32,000 bases of DNA from Tepidanaerobacter acetatoxydans Re1 (GTDB lineage Bacteria; Bacillota; Thermosediminibacteria; Thermosediminibacterales; Tepidanaerobacteraceae). The DNA is taken from NCBI RefSeq assembly GCF_000328765.2, contig NC_019954.2:2473780-2505779 (forward strand). The letters run 5' to 3'. This document shows positions 19,583-26,323 of the stretch, piece after piece. Both the position numbers and the translations under genes were made by a program. The notes under the pieces are model-generated. The model was not told where the DNA came from and made no database searches. It saw only the letters and a list, made by a program, of their open reading frames with translations. Positions within the stretch are counted from its first letter, which is position 1. Each line of letters starts with the position of its first letter.

Positions 19583-19951
19583 ATGTCTGCAAATGCTGCA
19601 GAGCGTGATATTATGGATCGTAAAATAATCAGCGTTTCAAAGAAACGTCAGATTACCATACCTTTACAATTCTATAAACACCTTGGGCTCGAGAATGAAG
19701 TTGAATGTTTCCTTGAAGATGGTAGAATTGTTATTCAACCGCTTCATAGGGAACCTAGTGAATTTTCCGTTGAGATTCTAAAAGACTTAGTTTCCCAGGG
19801 TTACTCTGGTGATGAATTAGTAAAGCAGTTTGAAGTGCAAAGTAAAAATATCAAAAGAGCTGTTACCAATATGCTTGAAGAAGCAGATGCCATTGCAGCC
19901 GGTGAAAAAGAAGCGGCAAATTTTGATGACATTTTTGGCTCAGAGGACTGA
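19583..19951 (+). CDS. AbrB/MazE/SpoVT-type DNA-binding antitoxin
   Basis: IISVSKKRQITIPLQFYKHLGLENEVECFLEDGRIVIQPL (swapped-hairpin domain) plus acidic C-terminal tail; 2-bp gap to the downstream toxin ORF. Confidence 0.88.
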   Translation: MSANAAERDIMDRKIISVSKKRQITIPLQFYKHLGLENEVECFLEDGRIVIQPLHREPSEFSVEILKDLVSQGYSGDELVKQFEVQSKNIKRAVTNMLEEADAIAAGEKEAANFDDIFGSED

Positions 19952-19953
19952 TT

Positions 19954-20244
19954 ATGTACGAAATATTATTCAGTTCCCAAGCTGAGCGTTTCTTTAAAAA
20001 GATAAAGGAAAAGCCCTTAAAAGAAGCCTATAAAACGGCTCTACTAAAATTAAGTAAAAACCCTTATATCGGTCAGCCAAAACGTGGTGACCTAACCGGT
20101 ATTTATGGCTTTGATGTGAACTATAACGGTATTAATTATGAAGTTGCTTATACAATCAGCGAAGTTGACGGTAAAAAGATTGTAGTGCTTCTTGCCGGAA
20201 CCCGTGAAAACTTTTATGAACAGCTAAAAAGATATATTAAATAG
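19954..20244 (+). CDS. RelE/ParE-like toxin
   Basis: MYEILFSSQAERFFKKIKEKPLKEAYKTALLKLSKNPYIGQPKRGDLTGIYGFDVNYNGINYEVAYTI...IVVLLAGTRENFYEQLKRYI. Confidence 0.88.
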   Translation: MYEILFSSQAERFFKKIKEKPLKEAYKTALLKLSKNPYIGQPKRGDLTGIYGFDVNYNGINYEVAYTISEVDGKKIVVLLAGTRENFYEQLKRYIK

Positions 20245-20507
20245 CTCTCTAAAAGAGGGCTATTTTGCTTTATACCCCCGCCCTTGAATTTTGCGAATTC
20301 TTGCGCGATACCCCGCCGCCGTTCCAGGCACACCTGGCTTTAGAAAATTAGACCCCCCTCATAACCCTCTAACGTGCATATAAAACTATTTACTGCATAT
20401 ACTACTTTTTGAAAGTTATCGCAATGCTAATATCACTACATTAGCTTTACAGTGCAAGGGATATCTGCTATAATATTTATATAAACTATGAAAAGGAGGC
20501 GATCCCC

Positions 20508-20786
20508 TTGGCCAAAAAAACATCTAGTGTTAGCTTTAGAATCGATGCCGATATTAAAAAACAGGCGGATGAACTATTTGCAAAGCTTGGACTCAATATG
20601 ACTACAGCCTTCAATATTTTTCTACGCCAATCAATAAGAGAAGGCCGTATTCCCTTTGATATCACTCTAAATACCCCTAATGCTGTGACAGTCGCCGCTC
20701 TACTTGAAGCAGAGCAAATTGCTAATAACTCAGATGCTAAACGTTATTCTGATGTCGAGGAAGCGCTGCGGGAGTTAAAATCATGA
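20508..20786 (+). CDS. RelB/DinJ family antitoxin (toxin partner truncated)
   Basis: MAKKTSSVSFRIDADIKKQADELFAKLGLNMTTAFNIFLRQSIREGRIPFDI; strong aaggaggcgat RBS. Downstream ATG at 20783 encodes only MSRQILWTTQFKDVNN before homology appears lost. Confidence 0.9.
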   Translation: MAKKTSSVSFRIDADIKKQADELFAKLGLNMTTAFNIFLRQSIREGRIPFDITLNTPNAVTVAALLEAEQIANNSDAKRYSDVEEALRELKS

Positions 20787-20878
20787 GCCGCCAGATTTTA
20801 TGGACAACACAATTTAAAGATGTTAATAATTTAATTCTTGTTTTAGCCTTGCCTCTACCTGGTGCATAAGGTGCACTA

Positions 20879-21265
20879 TTATCTGTAACCATACACAGCA
20901 CCCTTCTTGCCCCAGCGTCCCTCTCCGGCAGTCTTGCGGTCATGGCAGGACTTGCAAAGGGATTGTATATTGTTCTCATCCCAGAACAGTTCCAGCCTAC
21001 CTTCGTGGGGGATGATATGGTCCACCACTGTTGCCGGGGTAAAGCGTCCTCTTCGTTCGCACTCCACACACAGTGGATGCTTCAACAGATGCCGCTTTCT
21101 TAATCGCTGCCAGCGGCTGTTGTTGTAGAGCTTCTTGTAAGGTCTATTGGTTCTGTTGTACTCCCTATCTGTTTTCTTTTGATGCGCCGGGCAATACCTA
21201 TCCTCGGTTAGTTCTGGACAACCGGGATAGCGGCAGGGCATCTTTGGTTTTCTGGGCATTCCCAT
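20879..21265 (-). CDS. Phage HNH endonuclease
   Basis: CRYPGCPELTEDRYCPAHQKK...YNNSRWQRLRKRHLLKHPLCVECERRGRFTPATVVDHIIPHEGRLELFWDENNIQSLCKSCHDRKTA. Confidence 0.93.
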   Translation of the reverse strand: MGMPRKPKMPCRYPGCPELTEDRYCPAHQKKTDREYNRTNRPYKKLYNNSRWQRLRKRHLLKHPLCVECERRGRFTPATVVDHIIPHEGRLELFWDENNIQSLCKSCHDRKTAGEGRWGKKGAVYGYR

Positions 21266-21490
21266 TCACCTTCTTTCACCACAGGCACACCCTGACCACG
21301 ATATCCGAGTATGCTTGTCGCCATCGGCAGATACATTTAATAAGGCTTTATGATATTTGCTTTCAGGGTTGCTGCACTCATACGCCTTCCATCTGCTTTC
21401 GCTTACATATTCATCTACCTTGGCAAAGCAACAGGATATACACCTGATACTTTTATTTGTTTTTATAGGGCACCTCCTAAAAAAGGGCAT
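21266..21490 (-). CDS. Phage-associated hypothetical protein
   Basis: 74-aa ORF directly upstream of the HNH gene on the same strand. Confidence 0.4.
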   Translation of the reverse strand: MPFFRRCPIKTNKSIRCISCCFAKVDEYVSESRWKAYECSNPESKYHKALLNVSADGDKHTRISWSGCACGERR

Positions 21491-21593
21491 AGAAAAAGCC
21501 CTGAGAGCAAAAGCCCCAGAGCTAAGATTTGATCCGAATTTAATTGTATAATAAAATAGGCTGTCTAAGTTTATCTTGGAAAAATCGCATACA

Positions 21594-21671
21594 TACTACG
21601 TTAAATATCATTTAAAAATAAAAATACGAGATGGTGCGGGCACCTTCTCGCTAAAAACCATAAAGGTTTTC
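21594..21671 (+). repeat. 78-bp direct repeat, left copy (IS flank)
   Basis: atactacgttaaatatcatttaaaaataaaaatacgagatggtgcgggcaccttctcgctaaaaaccataaaggtttt, identical to 23657-23734. Confidence 0.95.
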
Positions 21672-23656
21672 CCTAGTTTTGCAGCCAATTCCAAATTAGC
21701 ATAGCCCGAAACCATTGACATTACTAATGATTTCGGGTATTTTTATTTTAAATTTTAGTCAAATAATGCTGGTGTTTTATGGCGTTACATGGTATAATTG
21801 TAAGAGATGCCTAATTGTTAAAACGGTGGGGGTTTTTAAAATATATCTTAAAAAAAGTACAAATAAAAAGACTGGAAGGACCTATTTATCAATCGTTAGT
21901 AGCTATTATGACAAGAAAACTAAACAATCTCGTACAGCTACAGTTCGCTCCATTGGATATCTGGATGAGCTTGAAAAGAAATATGACGATCCTATTGCTT
22001 TTTTCACTGAGGAAGTCCGCAAAATGAATGAAAAGCATTATGAAGAAAGGCTACCCGTTAATCTTAAAATTTCTCTAGATGAATCTATGGAATCCAATTA
22101 CGATGGCCTGAAGAATTTTGGCTATGCAGCTTTGAGTAAAATTTATCATGAACTTAAAATTGATACATTCCTTAAAAACAGGCAACGACATTCTAAAGAA
22201 AAATATGATGCCAATGCCATTATGAAACTACTGGTATTCTCGCGTTTGTTGTATCCTTGTTCTAAGAAAAAGACTTTTGAAAATAGGGATATGTTCTTCG
22301 AGAAGTTTGACTTTTCTTTGGATGATATTTATCGATGCCTTTCTTTTTTTAATAAATACAGTGATGATCTTCAGTTTTGGTTACATGAACGCATTAAAGA
22401 GCAGTATGGGCGCAATACTGATTTGGTTTATTACGATGTTACAAATTATTATTTTGAAATAGACAAGCAAGATGAGCTAAGGAAGAAGGGGGTTTCGAAA
22501 GAACACCGTCCGGATCCGATTGTGCAGATGGGATTATTTATGGATACAAATGGTATACCTATCACGTATAAGCTTTTCCCTGGGAACGCTCCCGATAAAA
22601 CTACGTTGATTCCTGCATTGGGTAAGATCCAAAGAGAATATTCTTTAGGTAGAATTATTATTGTTGCAGATAGAGGGATAACCACAGGGGATAATATTTG
22701 GTATATCCTTTCTGCTAAAAACGGATATATATTGAGCTACTCTGTTCGATCAGCCGATAGGGAATTTAAGGATTATGTCCTTGATGAGGATGGATATATC
22801 CATAAAGGCGATGGTTTTAAAATTAAATCTAGGCTTTATCCAAGAGAAATAAAGGTGACTTCGGTGAGAGGAAAGAAGTTAAAAAAGACGGTAGATGAAA
22901 AGCAGGTGATTTTTTATAGCCCTAAGTATGCAGCCAAAGCTAAACAAGAGCGTGCGCAAGCACTGATTAAGGCAATGGATTTGATTAAGAATCCTGCAAA
23001 ATACAATAAATCAACATCTTTCGGTGCTGCTAAGTATGTAAAAAACCTTACCTTCGATGCTAAAACCGGCGAGATATTGGAAAGTGTTTACCAACACTTG
23101 GCTTTTGATGAAGAAAAATTACGTGAAGAAGAAAAGTTCGACGGATATTATGCCATTGTTACTAGCGAATACAAGGAGTCTCCTGAGAAGATCATTGAGA
23201 TGTACCGCGGTCTTTGGAAGATTGAAGAATCTTTTAAGGTTACAAAAAGCGATTTTGAGAGCAGACCGGTTTATCTGTCGCTGCAAGAACATATTGATGC
23301 TCATTTTTTAACTTGCTTTATATCACTTGTAATTATCAGGATACTTGAGTACAGGTTAAAGTGGAAGTATTCTGTGACAGAAATACTTGAGAGCCTTAGT
23401 AGGGCATCCTGTTGTAATATTAAGGAGAATTATTATCTTTTTGGCTTTTACAATGATGTTCTTAAAGATATCGGTAATGAGTTGGATATTGATTTTAGCA
23501 AAAAGTATATGAAACTCGGAGATATTAAAAAAATTTTAGGTGAGGTTAAAAAAAGGTGATTTTCACTACAACTTTTTGACAAAAATAAAAAGCCCAAAAC
23601 CCTTTGTATCAAAGTGGTTAGGGGCTTTTTTGTCTCGTTTTACTGCAAAAGTCAGG
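21672..23656 (+). mobile_element. IS1634-family insertion sequence (1985 bp)
   Basis: Bounded by the 78-bp direct repeats; imperfect terminal inverted repeats ccctagttttgcagccaa (left) and cctgacttttgcagtaaa (right, complement). Confidence 0.88.
21826..23559 (+). CDS. IS1634-family transposase (probable GTG start)
   Basis: VGVFKIYLKKSTNKKTGRTYLSIVSSYYDKKTKQSR..., LVYYDVTNYYFE, IVADRGITTGDNIWYILSAKNGYI, YRGLWKIEESFKVTKSDFESRPVY (DDE with YREK-like region). Confidence 0.92.
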   Translation: MGVFKIYLKKSTNKKTGRTYLSIVSSYYDKKTKQSRTATVRSIGYLDELEKKYDDPIAFFTEEVRKMNEKHYEERLPVNLKISLDESMESNYDGLKNFGYAALSKIYHELKIDTFLKNRQRHSKEKYDANAIMKLLVFSRLLYPCSKKKTFENRDMFFEKFDFSLDDIYRCLSFFNKYSDDLQFWLHERIKEQYGRNTDLVYYDVTNYYFEIDKQDELRKKGVSKEHRPDPIVQMGLFMDTNGIPITYKLFPGNAPDKTTLIPALGKIQREYSLGRIIIVADRGITTGDNIWYILSAKNGYILSYSVRSADREFKDYVLDEDGYIHKGDGFKIKSRLYPREIKVTSVRGKKLKKTVDEKQVIFYSPKYAAKAKQERAQALIKAMDLIKNPAKYNKSTSFGAAKYVKNLTFDAKTGEILESVYQHLAFDEEKLREEEKFDGYYAIVTSEYKESPEKIIEMYRGLWKIEESFKVTKSDFESRPVYLSLQEHIDAHFLTCFISLVIIRILEYRLKWKYSVTEILESLSRASCCNIKENYYLFGFYNDVLKDIGNELDIDFSKKYMKLGDIKKILGEVKKR

Positions 23657-23734
23657 ATACTACGTTAAATATCATTTAAAAATAAAAATACGAGATGGTG
23701 CGGGCACCTTCTCGCTAAAAACCATAAAGGTTTT
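23657..23734 (+). repeat. 78-bp direct repeat, right copy (IS flank)
   Basis: Identical to 21594-21671. Confidence 0.95.
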
Positions 23735-23781
23735 TGTTCATCGTTAGTATTTACTATACACATAGGTCGTGAAAATACTAC

Positions 23782-24005
23782 TAGGGAGCCCACTCGTGAC
23801 TCCCTATTTTTGACTTTCATACTACTTTGAGCACTCGTCTCAAAATGTTTTTGTGTTCTTTATTATCCCCACACATTTATATAATATTCATATGCAAGGT
23901 TTTTGATTACATTTTTTTAATTGCTTTTTTAAATTGATACTAGGGGACTCACTCGTAGTCCCCTATAATTTGAAACGTAATACTGCTGTCCCACTCGTGA
24001 ACAGC
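23782..24005 (-). ncRNA. Array of four conserved-loop hairpins (candidate structured RNA downstream of MazF-like gene)
   Basis: Minus strand: GCUGUUC-ACGAGUG-GGACAGC (24005-23985), UAGGGGACU-ACGAGUG-AGUCCCCUA (23965-23941), AUUUUGAG-ACGAGUG-CUCAAAGU (23846-23824), UAGGGAGUC-ACGAGUG-GGCUCCCUA (23806-23782), with (AGU)AGUAU at or just after each stem. Confidence 0.7.
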
Positions 24006-24065
24006 TTCTTTGTATATTAATAATAACACTTCTATCCCTTTTTGTCTAGGGTAAATTTAAAAAAA

Positions 24066-24623
24066 CTAATCTGATTTCTTTTCTTGTGCCAAGAGCTCTT
24101 CCAAGTCTTTTACCCTTTTTTTGAGCTTGTCTATATAAACCAGCTTATCATTAAGTATATTATCCAACTTATCATAGTATCCCTTAATATCCAAGGAAAT
24201 TGCAATCGCTTCATCAACAGCTTTCATTTCTGAAGGCTCTAGTCTTGCGACATAATCTCCTAATCGAGCTTTGCTTACACAAACAATGTTTCCCAATAAC
24301 ACATTCCCATCTAGCACAACGCCCCCAGAACTATCGTGTTTAGGACTTATTGGTATAACTACGGGCAGTGTAGATGAAGTATGGGTTATCGGGGCCACTA
24401 TCGTGTTAGGCGATTCCAAATTAGCCCTATCTCGCTGCAAAACCACACAAGGTCTTTCTTTGGACTCTTCGCTGCCAATACCTATGCCTAGATAGCATTT
24501 ATAAACTTCGCCTCGCTTAACTACTCTTCTTTTTGCACTTTCGGCATTTGAGTCAAGAAATAATTTCGTTTTAAGCCACTCTAAATATTGTTGTGTTTTG
24601 GACAAACTGATACTTCTGGACAT
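24066..24623 (-). CDS. MazF/PemK-like toxin domain protein with N-terminal extension and C-terminal coiled-coil-like tail
   Basis: VVKRGEVYKCYLGIGIGSEESKERPCVVLQRDRANLESPNTIVAPITHTSSTLPVVIPI...GVVLDGNVLLGNIVCVSKARLGDYVARL; SD-like ggggaggggt before ATG. Confidence 0.88.
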   Translation of the reverse strand: MSRSISLSKTQQYLEWLKTKLFLDSNAESAKRRVVKRGEVYKCYLGIGIGSEESKERPCVVLQRDRANLESPNTIVAPITHTSSTLPVVIPISPKHDSSGGVVLDGNVLLGNIVCVSKARLGDYVARLEPSEMKAVDEAIAISLDIKGYYDKLDNILNDKLVYIDKLKKRVKDLEELLAQEKKSD

Positions 24624-24787
24624 ACCCCTCCCCCTTTAAAATCGTTTCTTCTGTTAAAATAAACTACTACCAAATAAAATTCCCACCCTAGTCCGCATTG
24701 TTAAGAGGCGTGGTGGGCTCTGTTACCTTTACAATATACTAAACAAACCCTGCTGCCAATCACCGGAAACAACTTAACAGGTTTCCA

Positions 24788-24970
24788 CTATTTACATTCT
24801 ATCACATTTTTCGCCTTGCTTTTTGGAATTTCTCTTCTTTTTTCCTTAAGTCTGTCCTTTAACCACTCAGGGTATTTATCTTCTATCGCAACCATCCTGG
24901 CATGATATTTACAATAAAGGCTGCCGGGTTTTGCTTCAAGCAGGTAGCCTTGGTAGGCACATTTTTTCAT
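24788..24970 (-). CDS. Small hypothetical phage-region protein
   Basis: 60 aa, MKKCAYQGYLLEAKPGSLYCKYHARMVAIEDKYPEWLKDRLKEKRREI; ttaggagatgaaacca RBS. Confidence 0.55.
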   Translation of the reverse strand: MKKCAYQGYLLEAKPGSLYCKYHARMVAIEDKYPEWLKDRLKEKRREIPKSKAKNVIECK

Positions 24971-25081
24971 TTGGTTTCATCTCCTAAAAAAGTAAAGCAC
25001 ACAGTTTCCCGAGGCTTCACTTGAATATCTTTCATTTTTATATCTATACACTTTATACTATATCACATCTTTAACTACATT

Positions 25082-25345
25082 TTAGTCCATTTTAGTCCAC
25101 TTTTTTAGTATTTTGTTGATTTCTTTTAATCCTTCACTGTGGATTCTAAAAATCCCACTTCTGCTATAGCCTAATTCTAGGGAGATATCCTCCCAGGACC
25201 TACCGTTAATATATCTCTTCTCCAATACCAATTGACAATTCACATCTTCCACCTGGCAAATAGTCTCCATTATTTCTTGCTTTAGCTTTATAAACCGGTC
25301 TATTTCTTGGTTGATTTCATTTTCCAAATTGATGATTTTAGCCAT
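25082..25345 (-). CDS. Phage sigma-70-like / ArpU-DUF1492-type helix-turn-helix protein
   Basis: VEDVNCQLVLEKRYINGRSWEDISLELGYSRSGIFRIHSEGLKEI. Confidence 0.8.
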   Translation of the reverse strand: MAKIINLENEINQEIDRFIKLKQEIMETICQVEDVNCQLVLEKRYINGRSWEDISLELGYSRSGIFRIHSEGLKEINKILKKWTKMD

Positions 25346-25419
25346 AGTGTTTTCAAAAGGACCCCTTAGTTCCTCTGATATGCTATACCTGTGAGGTCCT
25401 TCTTTATCTCGTTAGCAAG

Positions 25420-25450
25420 TTTCGACAAAATTCGGGCGGTGCCAGGCACC
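25420..25450. repeat. Dispersed hairpin repeat, copy E
   Basis: tttcgacaaaattcgggcGGTGCCaGGCACC. Confidence 0.9.
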
Positions 25451-25455
25451 TTTTA

Positions 25456-25686
25456 TTAAGCTACCATTTCACTGTAGTTTACGATAAATACTTCTGCTTT
25501 GTTTTTCTTTATTTCTTCCACAATGGATTCTAATTTTGAAGCTATTTTGGTATCTAGATAATACTCTCCACACTGCTTGCAGATATTTGCAGGCACATTT
25601 TTTATAATGATTATTCCTTCTCCAAAATCAACAATATGATTTACTTTTCCCTCTATCAAATTAGCTTTGCAAATAATGCAATTCAT
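25456..25686 (-). CDS. YgiT-type zinc-finger protein (MqsA N-domain-like; putative antitoxin)
   Basis: MNCIICKANLIEGKVNHIVDFGEGIIIIKNVPANICKQCGEYYLD (CxxC...CxxC). Confidence 0.88.
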   Translation of the reverse strand: MNCIICKANLIEGKVNHIVDFGEGIIIIKNVPANICKQCGEYYLDTKIASKLESIVEEIKKNKAEVFIVNYSEMVA

Positions 25687-25691
25687 GATGC

Positions 25692-26006
25692 CTACCTCCT
25701 TCTAGTTTTTAAATCATCTAACCATTCGCTTTTACTCGGGTAGTATGCCGTTATCATCCAAATATTGTCCTCTTCCAAGGCACATACCACATGAATACTT
25801 TTATTATCAACTGTATCGCCTAGTATAAGGCAGCTTGGATAAGGATAGTCATCTTCATAATACTCTATAATTTCTCCGTTTGAAAGACAATTTATAATAT
25901 CTTTAATCTTTATTCCTCTTTGCTGCATTCTAGTTAAAATATGTCCACTCCACTTTATCTTATCTTTTTTCAAAGCCTCTTTAATATCATCCATCTTAAA
26001 TGCCAT
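25692..26006 (-). CDS. DUF4258 domain protein (putative toxin partner)
   Basis: WSGHILTRMQQRGIKIKDIINCLSNGEIIEYYEDDYPYPSCLILG...IHVVCALEEDNIWMITAYYPS; 5 bp upstream of the YgiT-type gene. Confidence 0.85.
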   Translation of the reverse strand: MAFKMDDIKEALKKDKIKWSGHILTRMQQRGIKIKDIINCLSNGEIIEYYEDDYPYPSCLILGDTVDNKSIHVVCALEEDNIWMITAYYPSKSEWLDDLKTRRR

Positions 26007-26112
26007 ATTTACCTCCGTGCGCCTATCCTTTTACTACTTAGATTGCTTTTAATTATATTATACAGTAAACAGTAATAATATACCATCCTTGATTTAAGGC
26101 ATGGAAAAGGCC

Positions 26113-26266
26113 ATCTTCAGGGGATTTAAGAATGCTGCGTTTACTTGGAGTCGATAAAAATAACGATATAATGATAATAAGAAAGAACCCCACAAGTATT
26201 TCTACCTGTGAGGTCCTTCTTTATCTCATTCGCAAGTTTCGACAAAAGCCGGGTGGTACCCGGTAC
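26113..26266. repeat. Dispersed two-hairpin repeat, copy F
   Basis: aatgctgcgtttacttggagtcgataaaaataacgatata...aaccccaca..tgtgaggtcc...tttcgacaaaagccgggtGGTACCcGGTACC. Confidence 0.85.
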
Positions 26267-26323
26267 CTTTGCGAGGGGGAAGGCTTTTTCTCCCCCGAGC
26301 TTGCTACTTGTGTTTGACGTTAG

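Noticed and set aside
20270-20350. Another copy of the GGTGCC/GGCACC repeat
   Set aside because: cgccgccgttccaggcacacctggctt resembles the family superficially but lacks the ttcgggcGGTGCC arm and the upstream block.
23782-24005. CRISPR array
   Set aside because: The conserved part is only a 7-nt loop plus a short box, the flanking stems differ, spacing is irregular (41, 118, 42 nt) and no cas genes are present. Conserved loop with variable stems is the reverse of a CRISPR repeat-spacer pattern.
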